NCBI GenBank assembly: GCA_030704615.1
Contig: CM060733.1
Location: forward strand, 54,932,001-54,996,000
DNA from: Takakia lepidozioides
Lineage: Eukaryota > Plantae > Bryophyta
DNA length: 64,000 nt
Direction: 5' to 3'
Within the stretch, counting starts at the first letter, position 1. Every line of letters starts with the position of its first letter. A model generated the notes under the pieces. It saw nothing but the letters and a program-made list of their open reading frames with translations. It made no database searches and was not told where the DNA came from. A program made the position numbers and the translations under genes. Positions 24,274 through 37,221 of the stretch are shown here, piece after piece.

Positions 24274-26641
24274 TGGGCAATGAAGATGTGTACAGGCCTG
24301 ATATGAGTCAATTTGCCCAAGACGATTTTGATCCCGAGACTCAATTTCCGAATGAAATGGCTACAATTGAGATGGCTGGAATTGTGGACAAGGAGTCCGT
24401 GCAACAGGGAGGTGTTGCGATCATATCAACTATTGCAGATATTGTGGTGAGCGAACATGTGCAACATGTAGGTCTTGCAGGTCTTGCGATTGTATCGACT
24501 ACTAGTGCATATATTGTCTTGTTTGCAAGCACCGATCGTGATATTACGACAGTACGTGTAGTGCATTGTTGACATCTGCAGAGTACCTAGCACATGTCAA
24601 TGATAAAGCTAATAAAAAACTAGCTTTGTTAAAGGAAAGAGAGATCGAGAAAGCACAAAAAGTGTTGACAGTGAATCAGTAAAAATGTTAGCAACTACTC
24701 GTCGACTTGAGAGAGAAGCAAAAATTGTAGCCAGGCAAGACGAAAAAAAATTGAATATGTGGTACAAGGAACAAGATGACATTTTCATTAAGTTCTTTAA
24801 AGGTGGTGTGTTGCTTGATAATGCATACACGCCTAAATTAAGGCGAAGTACTGCAGAAGAGACCATGGCAAGAGCGAGTAGACTGGATGTACTACGATTG
24901 AGCAGATTGGTGAGAGCCATAGTAGACCTAGCTACAGCTCCGTTGTAACAGATAAGTTAAATCAGCCACAATATCAAGGTGATGTTTCTGATTACCATTC
25001 TGGCGAAGGTGTTTTAGTTATTTTTGCATATCATGTTTTAAACCATCATTGACACACACCAAGTCACAAAAGGAGCAATCTACTCGGTTCTCGAACGAAT
25101 ATATAGTGAAGAATGCGCCGGCATTGGTGTCTCGTTGTGTCACAGAACCCACCATGGTGACTCATTGTTTTGAACCACGTCAGGGTCAGGTGGGCCACAT
25201 GCAACCACTGACCCCCCTTACTATGGGCCCATTTTAAGGTCGTAAAAGCTCAGAATTTGAAGATACTTCTAATTACATAAATTTAGCCTATTTGAAGAGC
25301 ATTTTATTAATATCTTAAATGGCTTTACAGGTAAAAGTAAGAACAATTTATGCTTATTTCACTGGTTTGGTGCGCCATGACTGGTGTTTCTACCCTATAG
25401 GTTTTGGAAAGGTAGAATTCCTAATCAAAACGGAAGTGCACATGTAGAGCATGATAGGTATTATTCAAAAACTCTGCATTTTCTGTGATTTTGTCAGCTA
25501 AAATAAATTAGAAAATAAGGATAAAATTTGATGATTAGATAATACAAATGCACTTGTTGATCCTTTGCATTGGCCTGTAGTGGGTTTGGCTTTAATCCCT
25601 TGTGATGTCGTCTGCCTTTGGGTTGGGGTCTGTCGGTCTGTCCCCTCGTATGCCTCATGGCTCAGAAAGGGGGATAATTTCCCCCTCAGGTTTCCTTTTA
25701 TAGAAAAAGAATGAAAAATCCATGTCATTAAGCTATTTTGATTCATAATAAAATTACAGTAGATTTTAAATTAGACCAATGATGGAAAAACCTGGCCGTA
25801 ATTGTGATAAATTTGATTACTATTACTTCCTCATGCGTGAATAAAAAATCTGAGAACCAGATTGGTTCATACCCGTTGTATATGTTGATGGTCGGAAGTC
25901 AGAACTTGGTTGCTTGACAAGATTTGAGCATGGTTAATTGTTAAAATGAATAAAGTTAAAAGTTATATGGAGATATATAAAAATATCATTCATTCTCCTT
26001 TCAGGCCCTTGTGCCCTGGGTTGCATGCCCCTATGTTAGTACACATCTTATTAATTTTCCATGACTATTTTTAATATGATATACATGGCTTCCTTCCCTT
26101 CTCTAAAATTGAAAGAAAATCATGTCGATTTATCCATTTGACCATTCGTCTGGATAAATTATATTATCTCATTTTATTTGGATCACTCTATAACCTCCAT
26201 ATATTAGAATCTGGATACTAGAATCTGAGTATCCGGCAAATTTTCGAAAACTTGTGCAGCTGCTTAGTCACTCCCCCCCCCCCCCCCACGTGCCATCTTA
26301 ATCAGCGGATATTAGAGGTTAGGATTGGTTTAACACCTGGAATCTCCAAGATAAAGAATTTTACATATCTGGAACCGGTGTATATAAACTTAATAGTAGA
26401 ACCGCCCCACACTAGTAATAATACATGCAATTAATCTGTAATTGAAGGAATTATTTGCTTATGTGATTAGTTATTGGCCCTGCCTGACAGGGTAGGAACT
26501 ACGTATCGAATTGGCCAAAGTGCCCTTAACCTCATGAGACTTAATGGGAACATGAAAGTTTTCAGTTCCCAATTGGGCACATGTTACACTCAGTGATAGT
26601 TTACTACAAGACATTTTGAATATTTATATTTGTATTTTATC

Positions 26642-26750
26642 TGTTGGGACTTCATTTGGTCTCATATGCCAAGTGAGGTGTCAAACCTCACTTGGGACAT
26701 GGGGACGGTTTTCCCCTTGTGAGGGGTGAGGAGGGCTCATCTTCTTGTAG
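26642..26750. repeat. Partial copy of the LTR-like repeat at 7170
   Basis: Near-identical to 7171-7279. Confidence 0.8.
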
Positions 26751-27484
26751 TGATAATGAAAGTGAATACAATGGAAATACTCCACTCATGAATCCAGAAT
26801 CACATAAACTAAGTCAAGCCAAGGACACAAATGCTTTCTAGGATTGTATGCTTAGAATGTGTGGTGGACAACGATGTATGTTGTGGCACGATGCGTAGGT
26901 GCACGATATCCGCAAGTGAGGGGTACATAACAATTAAGTTCTTCAAATATTGCACTTAAGAAGGAATGGCCTTTTTAGATGCATTTGGACAAAATTACTC
27001 CAAGCTACCAAAATGTATTAGATCTCATAATAATTTATCTTATTTGGCAGAAGTACATTTACAGTCAAACCTAGTGTTAAAATCGTTTTCATGATTGATA
27101 AAATAATTGTGAGCTGTTGCTCCATGTTTCATTTGAAAAATAAAAAATTCAAGACAAAATAGAATAAAATCCCTACATTTATGATTTGAGTGGAAATTAC
27201 TTAATACTACTAATCAATGATATAACTGATTAATCCACTGATTAATTTATGTTTATATATACCAACATAAAAAAATATCGGTCTATAAATTTTGTCTAAT
27301 TTGACTGAAACATGCAGTAAAAAATTATATCTGGGGTTTTGGATTCCAAGACTAAAAACTCCAACATATCCAATGGTAATTTCCACGAGTTAATGACCAG
27401 AATATAAATCCCACCCCTCAAATCCATGGATTCTTGCCTCATTCTTCTTTTCACCCAACTTGCAGAAAACTTGCATCTCACTTT

Positions 27485-27777
27485 AACTTTATTTTTTTTC
27501 TTTATTTTTTCCTTTTGAAAACAAGGGAAACATTCAGGAGCGACCCCCTCAAAATCAGTCCTTTTAATTATAGTGAGAGGAGAAAATAACCTCCTTTCAT
27601 CCATGAGGCGCCTAGCACAAGCCTAGCTCATGGCCCAAGGGAAGGGGGAAAATGTATATGATGCCAACCCAAAGCTAGTGTAAATAAGAGCCTCTTCCCC
27701 TTGCGGGAGAAGAAGATAGCAGGATTTGGATCTAAATCACCTCGGTGGCACTCAGTACTCTATCCAACTGAGCTACC
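27485..27777 (-). mobile_element. tRNA-derived SINE
   Basis: Minus strand begins GGTAGCTCAGTTGGATAGAG (A box), has a degenerate B box GATCCAAATCC and ends in an A-rich tail. A second copy lies at 20.5 kb. Confidence 0.6.
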
Positions 27778-28789
27778 TACTGCCGGTGTAACATTTTGCA
27801 TAGAGGCTCTTATTTACGTCGGCTTTGGCTGTCACGACTCATCGTCATCTCTCTCTTTGCATAGAGGTAATATATATATATACTAAAATTGTTCTTAACT
27901 AGTGTGACCTATGTTGTTGAACACATATTGTATCGTCATTTTACTAAATATATTCGTATTTACATTCTATGATCACCATGTGTACCAAACAAATGAACGA
28001 CCAATATTTTAATTTATTTTTCATGAATTTCCAATGACAAAAATACTTGAAATTCAATATCTCCCACATTGCAGGTCCAAAAATTATGAGACCGCCACGA
28101 TGCACCCCAACTCATCGAGGGCTTTCTAGCAGTACCAAGATCCTGGGTGGAGACCTTTGCGGTCAGGGAGATCTCAATGACGAAACAAAACAAAACAAAC
28201 TACCAAATTTAGTACATTGACTAGTGTGGCCTTTGCAGGAAAACCCAATTTACTTATTTTCATGAATTTCCAGTGATAAAAAATACTTGAAATCCAATAT
28301 CTTCCACACCGTAGGTCCATAAATGATGAAATTGCCTCAAGCCCCTCTGCTCATCGAGGGCTTTCCAGCGGTATCAAGAGGTCGGGCAGGGGGCCCAACG
28401 GTTTGGGAGATTTCAAAAATGCTACAAACAATATTATAAATGTCAATATCCCAAAAACAAATTCACATCGTAGGTCCAAAATTTATGAAACTGCCGTGAT
28501 GTACCCTTGAGTTATCTCCTGCAGCACGATAAAGACACTTGGTCAGCGCCAATCTAGTCTCGCCGCAAAGGGTGGGACCCCGCCGAATAATTTGTGGTGG
28601 GCTGCTCTAATTTGCATTCCCCCGCCAGATTTCACCTATATACTGGGATCCAAACCTGACCCGCTAATATGTTTGGATCCATTTTCTATGTATCTACAAC
28701 CCAACCAGCGTGGCTATTGCACGCACGTTGCCATGACAACGACTCCACCAAGCTCTCGACAAACACCGAAGTACTTGCGGCGACAAAAG

Positions 28790-29610
28790 CACCTGCGGCA
28801 CTTGAAGGTCACAAAGGGGAAGAATTATGTGAATGACCAGGAGATTCAGATTTGCCGTTCGTTTTTGTGTATCATGAAGGACCCAATAGTCAGAGTATAG
28901 TAGAAGAATGAGAGTTTTGGGAGTGCATCGAAGAACACTACAACAAGCCCCACAGACTGAGCGGCGGAGCTGAGTGACCAGTGAGGAGTTTGGATAGCAA
29001 GTGGGGGAGCATCAACATGACACCACAAAACTTGCCGGCGCTCTAGAGCAGGTGGAGGATCTTAATATCAGCGGACATTCAAGCCAAGACAACCCGTTGA
29101 GGGCCTTGGAGTTACAAGCAGAAACAATCAAATAAACGATTCACCTAATATTTACATTGTTGGCTAATCTTAAAGGATTTTTCGAGGTGGGCTGAAGTGC
29201 GGAGGACGTGAGAAAATCAGCGTCTAACAAAAGCAACATGAAGCGCAAGGCAAACAATAGCGTGATCATCAATCTGGATAAAGATGAGGCGAAGATTCTA
29301 GGTGGTTAATTACATGTGCAAACATCGCCAAATACTAGTCCTACAACCACATTTGCAACTACGGAGGGGCATTTCTGTGACCGAGGTGCGACCACAAGGG
29401 TCATGTGCTGCAAAAGAGGACCAAAAGAATGCAAAGGAGCGAGAGGTTGCTATGCAGGCGCAAACCAAGACCACTGAAAACATGGTTGTTGCCACTCGAG
29501 AGAAATCTGAAATTTTGCATGATCAATCTATTATTATGTTATTTTCATTGCCTAAATCAGATGTGCGTGAGTATTTGCGCTTGACAAGGGGGATGAACTT
29601 GGGAAATTGA
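28790..29610 (+). pseudogene. Harbinger Myb/SANT-like DNA-binding protein remnant
   Basis: KGKNYVNDQEIQICRSFLCIMKDPI..IEEHYN..RSLDSKWGSI, a typical PIF accessory-protein N-terminus, with stops. Confidence 0.75.
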
Positions 29611-30045
29611 GGCATTGAATTCGGAAAGAAAATAGCAAAGATTCAAGGCGGGGTCAAACTAGGCTCAAAATTGCATTGAAAACTGATGTGCCTCAAAATT
29701 TTGCCCATAACTGAAGGACATGTGCATCGAATAGAGTGAAATTTGAAAACATATTCGAATGGTGAAGCTGTCTTCCCAAAGAACTATCAAACACCTATAT
29801 TGGGCATTGAGTTTGGAGAAAGAAAATAGCAAAGATTCAAGGCAGGGTCAAATTAGGCTCAAAATTGCATTGAAAACTGATGTGCCTCAGAGTTTTGCCC
29901 ATAGCTATGTGGCATGTGCACGAATTGAGTGAAATTTGGAAACAGAGCTAAATGATGAAGCTGTCTTTGCAAAAAACCATTAGGCACATGTGGGCATTGA
30001 GTTTGGAGAAAGAAAATAGCAAAGATTCAAGGCAGGGTCAAAATA
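29611..30045. repeat. ~190-bp tandem repeat (about 2.3 copies) between the Harbinger genes
   Basis: gaaagaaaatagcaaagattcaaggc.gggtcaaa at ~29624, ~29817 and ~30007. Confidence 0.9.
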
Positions 30046-30249
30046 TGGTAAAATTGACAACGAGAACACATGTAACATTTTGTTTTCATTGGCTGCCCAT
30101 ATAGGGGTTATCTAATCATGATCCAAGGCTCCAGCTACAGCTCTCAAACATGAACGCGAAGAGAATCAATATTATAAGAATATGTGAGATCCTCTACAAA
30201 CTAAAATCAGGTGTATAGTGAATGACTGTAGTATTTGTTAATCAAAGAG

Positions 30250-31400
30250 CACCAACTCCTTTCAATGCCCACAAGGTCTGATCTCAATGAAAAATGAGTA
30301 TGATGATCTTTTAATTCTATTCTGCCTTGTATTAATTGCTCGAAGGTCAACCCTATTTGTGGTGGAACCCCTTGTTGTAGCTCAAACAGATTCTCAAGCT
30401 CTACACATTGTTTATCTTTTAGCACCATATTATGCATAATGACACAAGCCATCTTGGATAGTTGCAATCTACCAGTGCCTTGAATGATATTGTACTATCG
30501 CCCAACGTGCTTGAAGCACTCCAAAGCATCATTCAACATGCTTGCGGAAACCTCGTGACAAGTTGCATAATATAATCGCATCTCGTCTTGTGGCCTATGG
30601 ATAGTTTGGATGAAGCAACTTCACGAAGAATAGATCTCGCCTACCAACAAATAGTAACGGTTGTATTCATGCCATTCATAACAAATTGTTAAAAATCATG
30701 TGTTTTATCTCAAAGCAAATTGATCAGGAATGGTGACCTGTCAAGCACATTTATGTCATTGTCCCCCCCCCCCCCCCAGCAAGGCAAAGAAGGCAGCCAT
30801 ATCAAAAGTGACTGATCAACAATCGCTTCCAAAATTATTAATTGATTCTTATCCTTATTTTGGAACTGCTCTTGCCATGCAACTGGGCAATTCTTCTATT
30901 AACAGTGCATATAGTCTATGGACGCACACATTCATGGAAATTAAAGTCCATATTTGAGTTAATCTGCATGTGCTTCTCACCGTCAGCCTTTGTAGGCTGT
31001 CTCAAATAGGTGGACTCAAAGACCTCTCTCACCGCTCTTACAAAACGCTTCATGTTTTCCATTGTAGTGGATTCACATATTCTATAATATTCATCAGTTG
31101 CATCAGCTGCAACTCCATATGCAAGCATGTGAAGTGCATCTTTGCATTTTTGAATAGAGGGCAAGCCAAACAATCTTGAAGCATCCATCTTTTGAACACA
31201 AAAATTATTATGCTCACACACTGCATTCATGATTCTTAAAAATAAAGTACGGTGCATTTGGTTATCTGCAAAATAGTCAGCATAGATGTGCTCATGCCCT
31301 TCATGAGCTCAATTGCACATCACATTTGCAGAACGACCTTCCCTCGAGCCTCCATGCTTCCTCCCTATTGGCTCATCATCTTCTATGTTTTGTTGCAGCT
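30250..31400 (-). pseudogene. PIF/Harbinger DDE transposase remnant
   Basis: MHRTLFLRIMNAV..QKCKDALHMLAYGVAADATDEY..YLRQPT; NCPVAWQ; IILEAIVD; NDINVLDRSP; ACVIMHNMVL. Contains frameshifts. Confidence 0.9.
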
Positions 31401-32472
31401 GATATATGAGAATGGTGAGAACTGCATCATCTACAGCGTCATCCTCTTGTGGACGTTTACATTTGGGCCTCCATTTGCTGCCTCCACTGAGCTAGATTCA
31501 TTAATACTCCAAAGTGACAAGAGCACCTGCTTGCGAAAACGAAGAAAACGTTCAGACGGGGCGTGCCTCTAAACAACTACCTACTGCCAATGTAGCGCGG
31601 CGAGCCCCAAACTTGTCAGCAAGGCCAAGATAGCGACACATTAGGCTTGCACAACAAGGGGTTTTTTTTTTTTTTCTACCGGGCCTCCGCTATGTTGGAA
31701 ATTGGCCCTGCCAAGCGGGTCGGTACAATGCATTTGGCGGGGCATTTTGGCTTGCACCGCTCGAGATGCTCTTACTCACCGAGGGCTTTCTAGCGGTATT
31801 AAGACTGATCCGGGCGGAGGCCTTACGGTTTGGGAGAATTCAACGACGCTACAAAACAAAACAAACTACCAAACTTAATTTATAGATGTACTGGTCTGTG
31901 TCGTTGAGTACATATTTAACTTTCATGAATCTCCAGTGACGAGAAATACTTGAAATTCAAATTTTTCCACGCTAATATTCTTGAGAAAACCCAATTTGCT
32001 ATTTTTTAATGAATTTCCAGTTACAAAAAGTATTTGAAACTCAAGATCTCCCACACCGCAGGTCCTAAATTATGAAACTGCCTCGATGTACCCATATTCA
32101 TCGAGTGCTTTCTAACGATATGAAGCACTAGGGCTGAGGCCTTGCGGTTTGGGAGATCTCAACAACGCTACAAACAAAACAAAACAAAACCAATTATTAA
32201 ACTTAATATATTGATTAGTGTGGCCTCTACCGTTGGAGCACATATTGTATCGTCGTTTTACTGGGCATATACATATTTTATATTTTATGACCATGTGTAT
32301 CAAAAGACAAATGAAGGGCCACCGCACTCTTCCAGATAAATCAATTCGCTATTTTTCATTAATTTTCAGTGACAAAAAATACTTGAGATTCAAAATCTCC
32401 CACACTACAGCAAAATTTATGAAACCCCCTTCGTGCACCCCTACTCATTGAGGGCTTTCCAATGGTATTGAG

Positions 32473-33220
32473 CAATGTTGGTCTGGTATATGGGTTTCGC
32501 TAGGTATCAACCCGGGCATCAACCCAGGTCTCTCCTAACCTAACCTATTGTTATCTGTTCCCGTAAACATTTGTAGTACCCTACCAGAAAGTTCTTGAGT
32601 TCCCTGGCGGCCCCCCAAACCCTAACAGGTGGCGGTTAGGGTTCTCCTTTCCCCGCCCCCTACCAGAGCCCGACTCGTTGCTGTAGGTCTATTCGGATAT
32701 CATGTTAATATGCACATATAGACATTATGGATGCAAGGTCTCATGTGTTTATAAGCGCCTCTTTTGGCAGCTTCGGCGGTAGAGATTCAAAAATTTAGAG
32801 ATTTAGGGCTAGGGGCATATACTAGCTGTTTTGATTATAACAATGACACTTTGATTTTCATTTGCGAGATACTATGGATGCAATTCTGATTCAGTGTATA
32901 ATTGTATGGGGGTTGGTATCATATGAGATGAGCATGTTTCCCTTGTGGTTTTCTTGAATATTGAAATGACCATTTGAACAATTCAAATGGTCATTTCAAT
33001 ATTGTTGAATTTGAATACTAGTACCATTTTTAAAAAAAAATACCATATCCGAGTTCATATTTCTAGGTTAGTGACATTCAGATACCATTGCTCATATCCG
33101 GATTGATTTTTTTTTTTTAAAACCACTCCATGCATACCAGATTCATACTTGAAAAAATCAGGGGCTACATTATTGGAAAACCTATCTGCCTTAAAAATTC
33201 AAGATACCAGACCAACACTC
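32473..33220. mobile_element. Non-autonomous hAT-type element (748 bp)
   Basis: TIRs CAATGTTGGTCTGGTAT and ATACCAGACCAACACTC, with a perfect 8-bp TSD GTATTGAG at 32465-32472 and 33221-33228. Confidence 0.9.
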
Positions 33221-33829
33221 GTATTGAGCCCTTGGGCAGAGGCCTCCCGGTTTGGTAGATCTCAACAACGAAACAAAACGAAACAAAACAAACTACCTCC
33301 TTTAATGCATAGACTAGTGTGGCTTCTGCCGTTGAGTAGATACATGACCATGTACCAAAAAATTGATGAAGAGTCAACATTCCCCAAAAAACCCAATTTG
33401 CTATTTTTCATGAATTTCCAATGATGGAAGACACTTGGAGGTCAATATCTCTCATGTCGCAAGTCCAAAAATTATGAAACCGCGTAGATGTACCCCTCCT
33501 TATTGAGGGCTTTCCAGTGGTATCAAGAACCCGAGCTAAGGCCTTACGGTTTGGGAGATCTCAAGGAAGAAACAAAACAAAACAAACTACCAGACTAAAT
33601 ACATAGATACCTATCAATATATGAAGCGAGACATTTGTTTTGTTTGTTTTGTAGATTTGAGATGTGCCCAACCGGGAGTCCCCAGCCCTGGTGCTTGGTA
33701 CCATTGGAGGACGAGGAGGGGTGCACGGGCTTGGTCTCATGATTTTTGGACCTGTGGGGTGGGAGATGTGGAATTTCAAGTACTTTGGGTAGCTGGAAAT
33801 TCGGGAAAAATAGCAAAGTGGGCATTCCT

Positions 33830-33915
33830 GGGATAGTGGTTGGAGCCTCAACAGGAGAGATATCAAGGGAAAGGCCTCCGGTTCAAATCTGGTCGTAGGC
33901 TCTGTGGAAAAAAAA
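33830..33915 (+). other. tRNA-like (SINE head) remnant
   Basis: TAGTGGTTGG (A-box-like) and GGTTCAAATC (B box) followed by an A run; no convincing cloverleaf. Confidence 0.3.
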
Positions 33916-36900
33916 TGATTAGACTTAGTTGACATTGGACACTCGGGCCTCTACATGGGAGATGTACTTGGATACATGAATAGAAGATTGGACTAGGCTT
34001 AGATGGGCCTCGACATAGGAGACACACTTGGATATAGAGGAAATTGCACTTGGTCTTAGATTTCAATTCTTCACACATGGGCCGCGACATACTTAGATAC
34101 ATATGGGATTGCACTTGGACTTAGATGACACACACTTGGGCCAACGGCACATGCTACCCTAGTATTCTATAGTAATTACAATTTAGAAAAAAAAACAGAA
34201 ACACCTACTTTTCATAACTAAAAACAAATGTCATTACAACACATAGCATCTTTTTTATGCTCTACTCTAGGTCGGGCAACATCACACTTCCATTACGGCC
34301 ATGTCAAGCCCAATTCAGAGGCCCTAATTTTATCTATAGACCTAGTCGTAGTACGAGTGCATGACATGGACCATCTTTTGTGACATTTGACCACATTTTG
34401 TAACGTGCAGTGGCATTATGCATGTCCGTCCTTATTTCCCCATACATGGTCACAATAGGGCCCACCTCTAAAAGGGGCAAGTAGCCGAAAGATGAAGCGG
34501 CTTTAAGTTACGCCTCTTCGGCCGGAGCCTTACATGGTGGCACACAAACAATGCGAAGCCGACGCAATTAATCCGACTTGGATAAATTAGAGCCAAGACA
34601 ATAGTGCATGGTTGGGTTGGGTGAGGCTACTATTGCACGGTACATGCGACAAGCTAATAATACGTCTACTTATACACCTAGGTACCTGGTACCTACCTAC
34701 CTACCTGGGTAACTACAGCTGGCCAGCTTTGGTATTCATACGGAGGTCTGGCCAGCGCACACCTAGAATGGCGATACCTGGCTATACCAACCTGCACTGT
34801 ACGTGTTTCACGTCGCATTATCGCATGATATATTTAGCTTACTCCTTACTGCCCGCGCTTGAGCCCAGGTTCGATCCGCAGATGGCCTGGTTCGAACTCT
34901 GTCCCCAACATACCCGCGGGCCGTGGTCAAACCCTGACCGGCAGTGTCGCGCATGGCAGCGACATGTTGACCTGCGTGCTCGTGTCTGGCACATGCCGAC
35001 CGGCCAGCCGCCCGGCGACTCCTACACCTGCCCACAACATCATCCATACATCCATCCATGCAGTCAGGGTTAGGGGTAAGCTCTATATCACACAAAACTT
35101 ATTCACAGTGATTTTTATTTTTATTTTTATTTTATTTTTCCTTCTTCTCTTATCTTAGAAACGTTGGGTTCTAAGACTGAGGATCATGGATTCATGATTT
35201 CCTCGCATTACAATATTATTATAAAAAATGAAATAACTCTGGAGTCAACTCGGCTCTTTCCAAATTAGTTGAGGAATTAAATTTAAAATGAGAAAAAAAC
35301 ACAATCGTCAGGATGGCATTTATGGATATTGCATGGGTGATAATGATGGCAGCTTTCACTTCAGGTTATTCTGCCTGGTTGCAGCTTTTACGATCCTGCC
35401 AGGTGTGCCCTACGACTCTGGACGTGATTCTTTATCTACTTATCATCATCTATATCTGGTATATAGTAAATACAACGGAAATTAACCTCGACCTTCCATA
35501 TAGGTAACTCTTAATATATTATTAATTGGAATTCCCCAAATAGCACCAATGGATGAAAAATCGACCACGGAACAGAATTAAACTCCATATTTGCATGAAT
35601 TTTTCAATGAACAATGGATGAAAGTAGATCTCTCTCTTCGGCCATTACATAAATAGCTGGTCCCAAGTTCCAATCCCTGTAACCGTAAAATGAAAGAAAA
35701 CTAAAGAGGCGTCCCAAAATAGGTCACAATGAATGAATACATGGGCTCAATGGCGCACACAAGCAAGCGGCCACATGTGTAAAAGAGCGAGGGAGGGTTG
35801 GGGGGTGGGCACGTCTGCTTTAGGCCATGTCTGCTGCCCGGCCCCCCCACCCACCCACCAACCCCCCGGCCCACCCGCCCGCCCCACCCGGCGCGCATTA
35901 TAGCTCCCCGGCCATGCCACGTAGGCAGGCGCGACACTTTCGGCCCGGCTCGCTATATTTTCTCACTAACCCGCCGTATTAAGTTATTAACCCGCCTCGT
36001 AATTCATGCCGCCTGGTATTTGTGCGACTGCCCAGTACTCTGTACGCGAAATAAATGTACATAGGCATACGGGAATACGCCTATGTACGAGCACACGTAT
36101 CTAGGTAGGTTCGTACCCGACAGGGAGTGTCTCTGTCGCAATATATTTTCGTCAGTTGAATGGATGATAAAGTTAGCGGAGGAAGCAAGGACGGACACCA
36201 GCATTCATCGAGTTGTATTATGAGTCGCCGTAACGGACGGAGCCCGTTTGATATTCATCCATGTCCTTTCTCATCTGTCATATCGTCCAGGACGAGATGA
36301 ATGCATCACTTTTTGCCATCGACGTCGCGTCGGGAAATTTGGAGTAACGACCGGTGACACCCGGTGCGAGTGACCGGGTGCTTGCTTGACGGGGCAGGTT
36401 GATATAACGGTAAGCAAACAGGACGAGCGTTGAGGGTCTCCATTCCATTATGGCAAATTGTGTGAGGAGGATTTTTATTTATTTATTTTTAAAGAATTGT
36501 GTGAGGGAAAGTTCCAGTAAGTAAATCGGGAATTAGTTAGGGAGTCGGGACACATGAAAGGGACTAAAAGGGTTTTGGGGGGGAGGTCATAAAGCGCAGA
36601 CGAGAAGAGAGGGAGCGTAATAAGTTCTAAGCAACACGCATACAAACGCGTGGCCAGCGCTGTGAAATTTAAGAAGACCAGCGCTGCTGCCCTTCTCTCT
36701 CCCTCCCTCTCCCTCCTCCTCTTCCTCTCCCTCACTATACTTTGCCCCATTGGCTGTTGTCTGAGTCTGTTTGTACTCTGACACACACGAGCACACGAGC
36801 ACCAAGAGTCGCATCCAGCTCGCACACAGATTCTGAACTGATCTTTGAAGACAGTTTTTTTTTTTTTTTTTTTTTCAGCCTGTGTGTGGAGTGGTTGTGG

Positions 36901-37221
36901 CTCACTACTCCCTGGCTCGGCATTGTTGTCTCAGGGACTGGTCGTCTTGCTCCCCAATGTTGCTGTCTGGAAGTGTGGATTCCACTTCGGAGGTGCAAAT
37001 TGTAAGGAGATATCCTGCTACGGTGAGGCTGGGGTGGAGGGAGCTTGCTGGGTGGTAGCCTCTCACACTCCACATGATAATGCGAGTGTTGGAGTAGAGG
37101 GTGTCGCTCAGTTCAGTTCAGCTAAGCTCATACAAGGCAGGTGGTTGAAGGAGGAAGGCGCGTTGGCAATTGTGACCACTTCGGGACTGTCTGTGAGGGG
37201 GTGGCTGTGAGCTGCGGATTT

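Larger units (their letters stand above)
21425..25395 (+). mobile_element. Full-length decayed pogo-family (Tc1/mariner superfamily) DNA transposon
   Basis: Termini GGGTAGAAGCACC (21425) and GGTGTTTCTACCC (ending 25395), flanked by TA at 21423-21424 and 25396-25397, with an internal DDE_1-type transposase. Confidence 0.85.
28509..31771. mobile_element. PIF/Harbinger DNA transposon, full length and decayed
   Basis: Imperfect TIRs (GAGTTATCTCCTGC and GCTCGAGATGCTC) with TTA at 31772-31774. The flanks rejoin into one host repeat unit (gatgtaccc|ttactcaccgagggc). Contains two convergent genes. Confidence 0.85.
28015..33830. repeat. Cluster of a ~200-250-bp repeat family (about 8 full or partial units, the last inverted), interrupted by Harbinger and hAT insertions
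   Basis: The unit tcatgaatttccagtgac..tacttgaaattcaa..ggtccaaaaattatgaaac..gagggcttt..ggtttgggagatctcaa..acaaaacaaaac recurs at ~28020, 28260, 28465, 31920, 32008, 32355 and 33407, and inverted at 33635-33825. Confidence 0.85.

Noticed and set aside
34855-34905. tRNA gene (GGTTCGATCC and GGTTCGAAC)
   Set aside because: Only B-box-like words; no A box or cloverleaf.
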